From positions 20,708,001-20,772,000 of the forward strand of contig OX597830.1 in NCBI GenBank assembly GCA_951406725.2: a DNA stretch of 64,000 nt. Reading direction: 5' to 3'. A program made the position numbers and the translations under genes. The DNA comes from Octopus vulgaris (lineage: Eukaryota). Shown here one piece after another: positions 1 to 14,285 of the stretch (positions within the stretch are counted from its first letter, which is position 1; each line of letters starts with the position of its first letter). The notes under the pieces were generated by a model. The model saw nothing but the letters and a program-made list of their open reading frames with translations, was not told where the DNA came from and did not search any database.

Positions 1-527
<527 letters not shown>

Positions 528-600
528 TATATATATATACTGTATATTGGTATTTGAGTACTCTTTTTTCCACCTTGTTTCACATTTATGTGTTTACTCC

Positions 601-732
<132 letters not shown>

Positions 733-1134
733 GAGCGTGGTTCTGCTCTGATTCTCCCGTTCCACGGTTCAATCTAATGTCTACAGTTACAGTTTTATTC
801 TATACACTTCTTCCCTTTCCAGTATTTCTGACAGATACGGCAAGTCACTCTGTGATTTCCTCATCATGCCTTCATTAATATACAGTTTCCAGCAAGCTTT
901 TCCCCGTCTCGATATTGTCTCTTATAAATAGTTTCTAAATCATTCCAATGAAAGGAGAATGCTTCACAGTTTGTCCGTAACGTTAATAACAATTTGGCGG
1001 CCTCTCGTTCGGGAGGATTTTTGTTAATGAGGTCACGGCCAGGGAAGAGGAGACAGAAGAGGGGGAACAAGGGGAGAATGGGGTCTACTTATGAGGTGTA
1101 CGAGAGGTGGTTTTTAATCATCTCTCTTTACTTT

Positions 1135-2135
<1,001 letters not shown>

Positions 2136-2292
2136 TGATCCATTAAGACAATATCTCTGAAATCTTTATCATAGCGTGCTATGGATTTAATCTTAAGCTC
2201 ATCCCCATTTTCTCCCCGCACACCACCACCTCTCTCTCTCTCTCTCTTTCTCTCTCTATCTTTCTCTCTCGGTATCTCTCTCTCTCTATTGG

Positions 2293-2339
<47 letters not shown>

Positions 2340-2842
2340 TGCACTCTTAGATTGTTTCAATTCTTTCCGATTAACGCAAGAAATATCTCTCGTTTAACAC
2401 GAATAACAACCAACAAACAAAGATAACAACAACATCCACGGGTCGATGAGGGAACAAACCAACAACGAGGAATCCCCTATGTGGATGCATGGCCTTCAAG
2501 AAGTAACAGCCATATCGCGTATAAATTGGCTACCAGTCGTCTTTAAAAAGTAAAGCATATAGAACTACTTTGTCTCATCTGAAATATATTGGGCGGGATA
2601 TCTGATAAGAAACACAGATGCTTAGTCAGAGCTGTAATGAGTAATTTGTACGTGTATATAATGGTACTCCGTCGGTTACGACGACGAGTGTTGCATTTGA
2701 TCTGATCGACGGAATAGCCTGCTCCTAAAATTAACGTGCAAGTGTTTGAGCATTCCACGGACACGTGTACCCTTAATGTAGTTCTCAGGGGTATTCGACG
2801 GGAGACAGAATGTGACATGGCTGGTCTTTTGAAATACGGGTA

Positions 2843-3426
2843 CACCTTTTCTTCGGCTTACGACTATCCGCACTTACGACTGCAGAAAATAAATAAAGAA
2901 TCGATTTTCGGGCGTTGGGCAGCTGCGCGTAACGATAACCATGGCAGCATCTGGCAACGCAGGTCTCCCTCCAACCCAGGCCTTTTTCCGACCCAGGCCT
3001 CCCTCCGACCCAGGCTTCCCTCCGACCCAGGCTTCCCTCCGACCCAGACCTCCCTCCGACCCAGGCCTTCCTCCGACCCAGGCCTTCCTCCGACCCATTC
3101 CTCCCTCCGACACAGGCCTCCCTCCGACCCAGGCCTCCCTCCGACCCAGGCTTCCCTCCGACCCAGGCTTCCCTCCGACCCAGGCTTCCCTCCTTCCCAG
3201 GCCTCCCTCCGACCCAAGTCTCCCTCCGACCCAGGTCTCACTCCGACACAGGCGTCCCTCCGACCCACGCCTCCACTGCCTGCCACAGTCTCTCACTCAG
3301 TCGCTTTCAAGCATCAGATGCGTTTGAATGAAAACAGTGTTGAAAAATATAAATCCGACATACGACCAGATCGGCTTACGAACTACCAGTCGGAACGGAA
3401 CTCAGTCGTAAGTCGAAGAGAAGGTG
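2843..3426. mobile_element. Tigger/pogo-like MITE containing an 18-bp minisatellite
   Basis: TIRs CACCTTTTCTTCGGCTTACGACT / AGTCGTAAGTCGAAGAGAAGGTG; TA at 2841-2842 and 3427-3428. Confidence 0.8.
2966..3270 (+). repeat. 18-bp GC-rich minisatellite (ccctccgacccaggcYtc), ~17 copies
   Basis: Directly visible tandem array. Confidence 0.95.
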
Positions 3427-4145
3427 TACTACTCATTTTTGCTGGCGGCTGAGTGGACTGGAGCTACGTGAAATAAAGTCTTGCTCAAGGACACAACGCG
3501 TCGGAGGGAATCGCAAGTGTTTGAGCATTCCACGGACACGTGTACCCTTAATGTAGTTCTCAGGGGGATTCGACGGGAGACAGAATGTGACATGGCTGGT
3601 CTTTTGAAATACGGGTACACCTTTTCTTCGGCTTACGACTATCCGCACTTACGACTACAGAAAATAAATAAAGAATCGATTTTTGGGCGTTGAGCAGCTG
3701 CGCGTAACGATTACCATGGCAGCATCTGGCAACGCAGGTCTCCCTCCGACCATTTTTGCTGGCTGAGTGGACTGGAGCTACGTGAAATAAAGTCTTGCTC
3801 AAGGACACAACGCGTCGCCGGGAATCGATCTGGAAACGATCGGGAGGAAAATGGAAACAAATGCGTTTTTCGAGTTTCCGTGAAGGAAGCAGGATTGTTT
3901 TAATCCTTTTGATACTAACCCGTCGAAGAAAACTCCGAGTTCAATGGTAAGAACTTCCTGCTTCAAAAGCGATCTAAATCAAAAGGTTCCACCAAAGTCT
4001 CATATTAATTTACGTTCCAAACCTCCATCTAAGCAATGACGAAGTAATTTTACTAAATCATTTTATTATTTTCAAGAATACTTGAAATATTATAACAGAA
4101 GGTTCACCTCTCAACCGAAATATTATAACAGAAGGTTCACCTCTC

Positions 4146-4350
4146 TCTCTTTTACTCTTTTACTTGTTTCAGTCATTTGACTGTGGCCATGCTGGAACAC
4201 TGCATTTAATCGAGCAAATCGACCCCAGCACTTATTCTTTGTTAGCCTAGTACTTATTCTATCGGTCACTTTTGTCGAACCGCTAAGTTACGGGGACGTA
4301 AACACACTACCATTGGTTGTCAAGCGATGTTGGGCGGACAAACACAGACA
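4146..4350 (-). mobile_element. SINE A 3' half
   Basis: ttttactcttttacttgtttcagtcatttgactg...gaaccgctaagttacggggacgtaaac. Confidence 0.85.
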
Positions 4351-4352
4351 CA

Positions 4353-4459
<107 letters not shown>

Positions 4460-4461
4460 TG

Positions 4462-4652
4462 GATCGTTAGCCCCTACACGCAATTTTTTTCTCTCCTTCT
4501 TTCTTTTCTGTGTATCTTTCTGTCGAAGAGCGTAGGCTCGAAACGTAAAAGACTTGTTTTATTTCTATTCTTGAGCGCCATACTAATACATTGTTTGTTT
4601 GTACTCCACCTGCCTTCGTCTTTTGTTTATTTTCGTAAACCTTCCCGTTATA
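4462..4652 (+). mobile_element. ~190-bp dispersed repeat (Penelope-like terminal-repeat derivative) with hammerhead-like motif
   Basis: Near-identical to rc of 19215-19418; contains tcttt-CTGTCGA-a-GAGC-gtag-GCTC-GAAAC-GTA-aaaga at 4515-4552; flanked by (AT)n/(GT)n. Confidence 0.65.
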
Positions 4653-4717
<65 letters not shown>

Positions 4718-4974
4718 ATTATATAGAGGAGCTTCTACAGGACTAGTCCACTCACAAGGTTTCATTCAAGAGAAATCGAAGATTTCTCTTGAATGCCAGC
4801 AGTGACTCATCCTGTAGAACCTCCTTCTATATAATAAATTAATTTTACTCTGCTATGTATTGAAGTACCTTACTTACTGTGGTTAACCCCGAATCAGTTA
4901 AAACCAAAACTCTTTATTTATTATTTTCTATATAGGCAAATGAGCCATATATCAAAGCCATCAAATTCTAGTGT

Positions 4975-5180
4975 CACGCAGACTTTCCCTGAGAACTACG
5001 GTAAGGGTACTCGCGTCTGTGGAGTACTCAGCCACTTGCACTCTTTACTCTCTTTACTCTTTTACTTGTTTCAGTAATTTGACTGCGGCTATGCTGGAGC
5101 ACCGTATTTAAGCATCGGTTGTCAAGCAATGCTAGGGGACAAACACAGACACACAAACACACAAACACACAAACACACAA

Positions 5181-5260
<80 letters not shown>

Positions 5261-5480
5261 CGACGGGCTTCTTTCAGTTTCCGTCTACCAAATCCACTCA
5301 CAAGGCTTTGGTCGGCCCGAGGCTATGGTAGAAGACACTTTCCCAAGGTGCCACGCAGTGGGACTCAACCCGGAACCTTGCGGTTCGTAAGCAAGCTACT
5401 TACCACACAGCCACTCCTGCGCGTTAATTTTTACAAGCAGACTTCCATTGATCGGATCAGCTTCAACCCTACGAAGTACC
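4975..5480 (+). mobile_element. SINE D 3' part split by a SINE A insertion (- strand, ~5042-5420)
   Basis: D sequence ...cagccacttgca | gttaatttttacaagcag... resumes after the A copy. Confidence 0.75.
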
Positions 5481-5489
5481 GATCATTCC

Positions 5490-5925
5490 GCTTGAGTCTC
5501 CATACTTGATTCACTAAATTCTCCCTAGTTGACTTGCAGGAGGTACCTTTATTATATGGCTAGAGGCTCTCACACTGGCTTGCAAGATTCTCCCTTACTG
5601 GTTTGCTAGAAGGTCTTTCATTGGCTTGCAAGAGGATCTTCTGTTGACACGCAAAATGTCATTTTTCTTCCAGCTCGCTTGAGGCTCTCTAACATTGGTT
5701 TACTTAATTCCCCTTTGCTGGTTCGTTATGAGAGGGCTTTCATTGGCTCGTTAAAGGTTCCTCTCACAAAGCTTAGTTTTTTGGGAGTTTTTTTTCGTTT
5801 ATATTTTTTTCCTCGGTAGAGACTCTTACATTGGCTTGCTAAACGGTTCCATGTTAGCTTGGTTGAGGCTCGTTAGAGTCTGCACTCCTGTTTTACTAGA
5901 TTGTTCCTCATTAGCTTGCTAGAAG
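5490..5925 (+). repeat. Degenerate ~20-22-bp tandem repeat (approx. cattggcttgctagaggctct)
   Basis: Recurrent cattggcttgc / tggtttgctaga / gaggctct motifs. Confidence 0.5.
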
Positions 5926-6082
5926 ATGACTGACAGACAGACAGGCAGGCAGGCAGGCAAGCGGACATACAGACAGACGGATGGATGGAGAGACAGACAG
6001 ACAGGGAGATAAATTGAAAGATAGAGAGAGGGGGAGATAGGCAAGTAGACAGGTAAACAGACAGATACACATATATACAGAC

Positions 6083-6166
<84 letters not shown>

Positions 6167-6363
6167 GTAGGTAGGTAGGTAGGTATGTAGGTAGGTAGGT
6201 AGGTAGGTAGGTAGGTAGGTAAGTAGGTAAGTATGTAGATAGGTAGACAGGCAGACAGGCAGGCAGGCAGGCAGGCAGTCAGACAGACAGACAGAAAGAC
6301 AAACAGACAGGTAGACAGATAGATAATAAAGATATGATTATCTGAACGAGAATTAAAAAAGGA

Positions 6364-6414
<51 letters not shown>

Positions 6415-7082
6415 GTAGAAAGAAAGGTAGAAAGCAAACAGGCAAGCAAATACATAAAAGATGGAACAAGAGAGAGAGAGAGAGATGTGGTGGAGGAGGA
6501 GAGACACCGTAAAGGCTAAAGAAAAAATGGGAAAAGGAAAATGGCGGCGGTAAGAAAGAAAGAAATAAGTTTTACGAGTGTTATGGAGGGATCTATTGGC
6601 GGGATGAGAGATGAGAGGAAATGACATTGATTCAGTTTAGATATGTGACACAAAAATGGAGGAATTTGCTATTTTCTTTCATTTTATCATTATTGTATAT
6701 TTTTTGGCCTCATTTTTTTGTTTGCTTTTTGTTTGTGTTATTCTTATTTTCTTCTACTGCTTCTCCTCTACGGCCGGAAATTGAAGTTCTGCATCGGAAA
6801 ACTCAAATAATTCGCAGCCATTTTGTATTTGGAAATCAAGTAGGGGACACTTCTGAAGAGCAATTGTTTCCACCGTAAATACCACCAGCACTGCCACCAC
6901 CGCCACCAACCACCACCACCATCACCACCACCACCACTACTCCCACCGCCACCACTACCACCACCACCATTACTACCACTAATCCCGCCGCCACCACCAC
7001 CACTATCACAACAACCACCACCGCCACCACCAACACTACTACTACTACTGCTATCATCACCACCATTGTCATCACTACTAAC

Positions 7083-7113
<31 letters not shown>

Positions 7114-7130
7114 TTATTATTATTATTATA

Positions 7131-7176
<46 letters not shown>

Positions 7177-7296
7177 TTATTATTATTATAACTACTACTA
7201 CTAATACTACTACTGCAACCACCACCACACCACCGTCATCACCATTACTAATACCACTACTACTACTACCACAACCATTACCGCCACCACTACCGT

Positions 7297-7338
<42 letters not shown>

Positions 7339-7996
7339 AACAACTACTACTGCTCCTACCTCAAGCAACAATAACAATAGCAACGACGGCCAGTGTCGAA
7401 AAGTAGGCAACCAAGACATATAAACATCATCATTATCGACATCAAATCATCACATCCTCTACAAACCACAACAATAAACAAACAAAAAAATGTAGGACAT
7501 CATCTTTATAATCAGCATCTAAATCACGAACACAACAACAACAACAACAGCACCGTCGTCGTCGTCGTTGCCGCCAACACCACCGCTATCGTCACCGGCG
7601 TGGTTGCATTGCCGGCATTATTATCATGGACGCTATCTTCCGTCCGTAGAGCCAACATGGAAATCGCGTACAACAGCGCTGCCCGCTGACAATCAAAACC
7701 ACAAGTGCAATGTGGGAAACCATCATAACTGCCGCCACCACCACCACCATTACGACTAAGACGACTACCACTGACATCACTACCACTACAACACTTACTC
7801 CAGAGCACTTCTTTCATCAACACTTTCGAGTACATGAGATTGATATCCGTGGTCGTTTGGTTTGATAGAGAAAGCAAGCAAATCCATTTTTTATTGTTTT
7901 TTTTTTCATCTTCAATATCTGTGGACCAGCTTATAGACTTACATACAGACAGACAAATAGACAGACAGACAGATAAATAGACAGACAGACAGATAA

Positions 7997-8105
<109 letters not shown>

Positions 8106-8147
8106 CACAGACAGATAGATAGGGAGAAACAGACGGACAGACGGACG

Positions 8148-8253
<106 letters not shown>

Positions 8254-8286
8254 TTGACAGATTGATAGACAGACAGACAGCTAGCT

Positions 8287-8327
<41 letters not shown>

Positions 8328-8331
8328 TATG

Positions 8332-9350
8332 ATAGCCGGAAGGGGTGAGATCTGAGTTGTAGGCAGGGTGTTCCAGTACATCAAATAGTTTCAGCGGTCT
8401 TGGCTGCCGTGTGTGGGCGTGCATTGTCATGCAACAACAAAACTTTCTTCGACAATAGGCTTCGGCGTTTGGCGCGAATTACTTCAATTCAATCTTGCAC
8501 TGTTGATCGTGCACCCATTTCCCAGGTAGCCTTCCAGTATAGGCTCTTTTGTGTCCCCAAAAAGAGTTAGCATCACCTTTCCCGCGGGCGATTGAGTCTA
8601 GAATTGCTTCGTCGCTGGCGAGCCAGGATGTTTCCACGCCATACTCTGTGTTTTTTGGATTCTGCCTCATAATGATGGACTCACGTTTCATCTCCTGTGA
8701 TTATTCTGCTCAAAAATTCCTCGCCCTTATTGTTGTAGCGATCGAGTAAGCATTAGCAGACCTCAAGACATTTGCGCTTGTGCCCTACAAAAAACTCTCA
8801 TGGCACCCATCTTGCACAGACTTTATGGAGGCTAAGCTCATCTTGGATGATTTGATTGGCTGAACCATGACTAATTTGTACAGAACAAGCTATGTACCTC
8901 ATCGATAATAACTCACCGGTTCACCATTACCATCTCTCAAGATTGCTGAATCTTCTCGTCAGTGGTGGAGGTTGATGGGCGGCCAACTCCTTCTTCGTGC
9001 GTCACGCTTGTCCGGCCACTTTTAAACTTCTCGATCCACTCATACACACTTCTGCGCGGTAGTGCACTGACCCCGTATTGTGCTAAAAGCCTCCGATGAA
9101 TTTCAGCACCTGACACACCTTCCGACCAGAGAAATCGGATCACTGCTCTTTGTTCTTCATTGGTGCACATTGCTAGTGAAACAACCATACTTACACCGTA
9201 AAGAAAGAAAGAAAAATCGCGCGATAAGTCTCAAACATCGATCACGTGACCACAATAGTACCAATTATAAGGACGCATGCGCAGAAGGCAGTGTGGCAAT
9301 AATAAAGTTATGTTATGGCGAAATTGTGGATAATTTTTGACTTCACCTAG
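8332..9350 (-). pseudogene. Decayed mariner (DD34D-type) transposon; 5' TIR present, 3' end lost
   Basis: ORF 8937-9188 gives EQRAVIRFLWSEGVSGAEIHRRL...VYEWIEKFKSGRTS...GRPSTS; downstream rc fragments CARWVP, ITGDET*VHHY, LLLHDNARPHTA, VLEHPAYNSDLTPS; TIR rc ta-CTAGGTGAAGTCAAAAATTATCCAC. Confidence 0.92.
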
Positions 9351-9428
9351 TATTTACTGCGTTTATTAAATAATGTTTATCTCTCATCAGATGGGGAAAT
9401 TTTTGTGTGGATCATACCCGAAACAGTA

Positions 9429-9523
<95 letters not shown>

Positions 9524-9554
9524 TATATATATGTATATATGTATTCTTTTTTCT

Positions 9555-9761
9555 TTCTTTACTTGTTTCAGTCATGTGACTGTGGCCATGCTGGAGCACC
9601 GCCTTTAGTCGAGCAAATCGACCCCAGGACTTATTCTTTGGAAGCCTAGTACTTATTCTATCGGTCTCTTTTGCCGAACTACTAAGTTACGGGAACGTAA
9701 ACACACCAGCATCGGTTGTCAAGCGATGTTGGGGGGGGGGAACAGAGACTCACAAACATAT

Positions 9762-9832
<71 letters not shown>

Positions 9833-10002
9833 TATATACGACGGGCTTCTTCCAGTCTCCGTCTACCAAATCCACTCACAAGGCTGTGATCGGCCCGAGG
9901 CTATAGTACAGGATACTTGCCCAAGGTGCCACGCAGTAGGATTGAACCCAGGACCATGTCGTTGGTAAGCAAGCTACTTACCACACAGCCACTCCTGCTC
10001 CT
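9555..10002 (-). mobile_element. SINE A, full length
   Basis: Head and tail both present around an internal (AT)n. Confidence 0.9.
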
Positions 10003-10552
10003 ATATATACATATAAAGAGAGAGAGAGAGATGCACGTAAGTGTGTGTGTGTGTCTGTGTATGTGTGTGTGTGTGTGTGTGCGTGTGTGTGTGTGATACA
10101 TTCCCGTAATTATGCACTCGTTCACAGGCACGCAACGCACACACGGAAGTTCCTTACATTAATGTGTTGATAAAGTTATACATAAGTAACCATTTATCGT
10201 TTTCATAGTCACTCAACCATGTTTTCTGTGAACCAGAACCGCACAAAATGTCTTCATCGGAGTGAAACACTAATGGCGGATGGAGCAATAAACATATTCA
10301 CATTTCTGACCACAGTTTTGGGGTCTTTCCTCATAATTTTTATAGAAAATACCGGCTTAATCCAGTTTGTCGTCGTCGTCGTCATTGTTGTTGTTGTACA
10401 TGGTGATATTGTTATTTTTGTTGATGTTTATAATGACAGACATGTTGCTGTTGGTGTTGTTGTTGTTGTTATTGTAGTTGGTGTTCTTTCACTGCAGCTC
10501 ACATATTGAGTCCTGTAATTCAATGCTTCTGGTGAATCGGCAGACATGTTTG

Positions 10553-10615
<63 letters not shown>

Positions 10616-10798
10616 TTGAAATTTATAGAAAAACAAGAGAGGTTTCGGGCCTACCGCTCTTCAACAGAAAGGAATAAAGAGAGAATAAACAGGGAGAGAA
10701 TGAAAATTGTAGATTTCAGCGGTACAACATGGCAAAATATCGAGAAAAAATATATATATAAAATGTGTATATACATACATGTGCGTGTGTGTGTGTTT

Positions 10799-10830
<32 letters not shown>

Positions 10831-10859
10831 TTGCGCGCGTGTGTGTGCGTGTGTGTGTT

Positions 10860-11036
10860 TCTTTGTCTGTGTCTACGATGTTGGTGTGTTTACGTACCCG
10901 TAAGCTAGCGGTTCGGCAAAATAGACCGATAGAATAAGTACTAGGCTTCCAAAGAATAAGTCCTGGGGTCGATTTGCTCGACTAAAGGCGGTGCCCCAGC
11001 ATGACCACATTCAAATGATTGAAACAAGTAAAAGAA
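10860..11036 (+). mobile_element. SINE A 3' half
   Basis: gatgttggtgtgtttacgt...gaaacaagtaaaaga. Confidence 0.85.
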
Positions 11037-11087
11037 TATATATATGTATATACACACACATATATATATAATGTTGAGATGTATTGA

Positions 11088-11132
<45 letters not shown>

Positions 11133-11135
<3 letters not shown>

Positions 11136-11301
11136 GGTGTGGTTGTATGGTGAGAAGTTTGCTTTCCAACCACATGTTTCCGGGTTCAGTCCCAATGCGT
11201 GGCACCTTGGGCAAGTGTCTTCTACTACAGCCTCGGGCGGCCCAATTCTTTTGTGAGTGGATTGGTAGACGGAAACTGAAAGAAGCCTGTCGTATGTGTG
11301 C

Positions 11302-11341
<40 letters not shown>

Positions 11342-11483
11342 CGGGCTTCTTTCAGTTTCCGTCGACCAGATACACTCACAAGGGTATAGTAGAAGACACT
11401 GGCCCGAGGGTATAGTAGACACTGAACTCGGAACTATGTGGTTTGTAAGCTAGCTTCTTACCACACAGCCACTCCTGCGCCTA
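11133..11483. mobile_element. Two SINE A heads in inverted orientation (+ 11133-11293, - 11340-11483)
   Basis: ggaaactgaaagaagcctgtcg faces gacgggcttctttcagtttcc across a short (AT)n spacer. Confidence 0.85.
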
Positions 11484-11509
11484 TGTCGTACATATATATA
11501 TACAGAGAA

Positions 11510-11578
<69 letters not shown>

Positions 11579-11649
11579 GGGGAAGCGCTTCAGAAGTGTC
11601 CCCACATATAAAGAAGATATTCGTTCACGCATTAGACACTAAAAGATAT

Positions 11650-12989
11650 TAAAATATCCAGGTAGTATTTATAGTAAGTTGTCCCTTTTACAGGTGAAAA
11701 TGCATGCACATTCACGCACACACGCACACGTACACATATGAACAGTCACACACACACATTCACAGACACACCCATTCACATACACAGATACACACACACA
11801 CAGGGGTTTACTTGAGGTTATAAATATGTATGTATACATATGTATGTAGGCTTATGTGTGTGTCTATTTGTGTGTGTGTGTGTGTGTGTGTGAGTGTGTG
11901 TGTGTGTGTGTATTCAGGTACACTCATTGTCTCTCATTCCTCGCACAACTCACGTTACGTACGAGTGAATTGGACTCCAAGTGAAACCCGACTATTACCT
12001 CCCACGACTAATCAACACCACCATCACCACCACCGTCACCAAACACCGACACCGACACCATTACATCGACGACTCCATCGCCATCAACAACAATAACACC
12101 TACACCGCGTCCACCCCTACCGCCACCAACAAGAGCACTCACACTCCACCCCCACCACCACCACCATCGACGTCTAAGTCAACAACTACCCGTAATCGTT
12201 GCACACAGACAGGATTGTGAAAAGATCAAAGACACACACGTTGAAGTACTTCGAGGTAGTTATTAAAGGTATTTTATTTGCACAGGTAAGATATTCACAA
12301 ACACACACAGACACATGCGCGTGCGTCGCGTGCGTGATTCTCCTACACACGCACACACACACAGACACACAGATCAGCAAGCTACAGGTAGCAAAAGGTG
12401 ATGTCTTCAGGTAATAATGTGTGACACGTGTGAGGTGTTTTTTCTCGGGGGGGGGGGGGGGATATTTGTGTGTGTGTGTGTGTGTGTGCGCGCGGTTTAG
12501 GGCACGCGACAAGGGCACGCTTATGAGATAGCCGTGGGCAAGAAAAAGGAGGAGGAGGGGAGGGAGCGGAGGAGGAGGAGGAGAGAGAGGGAGAAATGAT
12601 GTGTGTATGTATGTGTTTGTTAGTTTGTGTTTGTGTATTGTGTGTGTGTGTGTGTGTGTGTGTGTGAGTGTGTGCTGGGAGTGTGTGCTGGGAACAAGAG
12701 TGGGCTTGGCGTTAGGTCAGATGAGGGGCGAAAACCACAATAACCGCAGGATTACGAGTAACAAAACAATAAATATCGGCAACAACAATAAGTAGCTACT
12801 AATTTAAAAAAAGCCTTACTTAATTAGTTTAATTTAGTCCCTAATGACGTGCCACCCACCCACCCACCACCACCACACGCATACACTCACATGTGTACGT
12901 GCGTACACGTATCTATGAACGTATGGATATTATACATGTAAACGTGTGTGTGTGTGAATGTATGTATATATAATATATATGAATGTATG

Positions 12990-13027
<38 letters not shown>

Positions 13028-13509
13028 GTGTGTGTCTGTATGCAATTTATAAGTGCAAACTAATTAATTTTTTTATATGCAAATTAAAATTTTTCTATGA
13101 TTTTGGAAGAAGAAATGACAAGAAATGACAGAGGAAATTAATACCTGTTGTCGCTGAGGTGTTGTTCTTACCTGTAGAAAAAAAAAAATATATATATATA
13201 TATATAACGTACTCAATGCCTCTTCCCCACGTGCTGTTTATTTTACCGCGTGCGCGCGCACACGCAAACAAATACAGACGGGTGTTTGTGTGTGCGCACA
13301 CACGCGTGCACACAAACACACACACACACACACCTACCACAGATATGCATGCACATATATAGCTATAGATACATACATTCGTACATACACACTCATACAC
13401 TCACATACATATCTATGTCTACGTATATATATATGTGTGTATGTGTGTGTGTGTGTGTGTATACACACACATATATATATACACTTGTATATATATATAT
13501 ATTTATATG

Positions 13510-13540
<31 letters not shown>

Positions 13541-13613
13541 GCACGTATATATATATATATATATATATATACATACACAAATATATATACACACACACAC
13601 ACCTATACATACA

Positions 13614-13656
<43 letters not shown>

Positions 13657-14154
13657 GTATATGTATATGTATATATATATATATGTATAGGTGTGTGTGT
13701 GTGTGTATATATATATTTGTGTATATATTTGTGTATATATATATATATATAAGTATGTATGTATGCATGTATGTATATATGTATATATGTATATATGTAT
13801 GTATGTATATATGTATGTATGTATTGACGCGCAAAGATAAAAAGCGCTCGCACGTACACACGTACACACCTGAAGCGACACGCGAGACGTGTGTCTCTCA
13901 TAAACGTGACCTAAAAACCAGAAAGCCACATTAACTTACCTGTCGTTTGACTTTTATTAGCTCGGGTGTGGAGTTGTTGTTGTTGTTAGTAGTAGTGGTA
14001 GTGATGGTGCTGGTGGTTCGTGATGAAGCATTGGCGGTAAGGAGCCGGTGTTGGAGGCGGCGGTAGATCATTTTTTTTTTCATTCATAAAACGGTAGCAA
14101 TAGTAATGGTAATGATCGGGGTTATCAGCTGATATATACGTCCTAGTAGTAGTC

Positions 14155-14207
<53 letters not shown>

Positions 14208-14220
14208 GGTGGTGGTGGTG

Positions 14221-14285
<65 letters not shown>

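Larger units (their letters stand above)
2660..3830 (-). mobile_element. SINE family D, interrupted by a MITE and partly duplicated
   Basis: 3' part at 2660-2842; 5' part (rc: gcgttgtgtccttgagcaagactttatttcacgtagctccagtccactcagc) at 3429-3514 and again at 3753-3826; matches the + copies at 4975-5480 and 15293-16215. Confidence 0.75.

Noticed and set aside
2736-3452. 238-aa Pro-rich ORF with PSDPG/TQASLRP repeats
   Set aside because: Read-through of an 18-bp minisatellite inside a MITE; the array is open in several frames on both strands
3900-4145. Possible piggyBac-like MITE end (ttaatccttttgatac) and a 29-bp tandem duplication
   Set aside because: No matching second terminus found in the window
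10200-10548. Unique segment that looks exon-like (96-aa + ORF; 39-aa - ORF MSADSPEALNY...)
   Set aside because: No recognisable homology or convincing splice sites; partly GTT repeats
12250-12272. GAGGTAGT resembling the let-7 5' end
   Set aside because: Only 8 nt match; the rest of the mature sequence and a hairpin partner are absent
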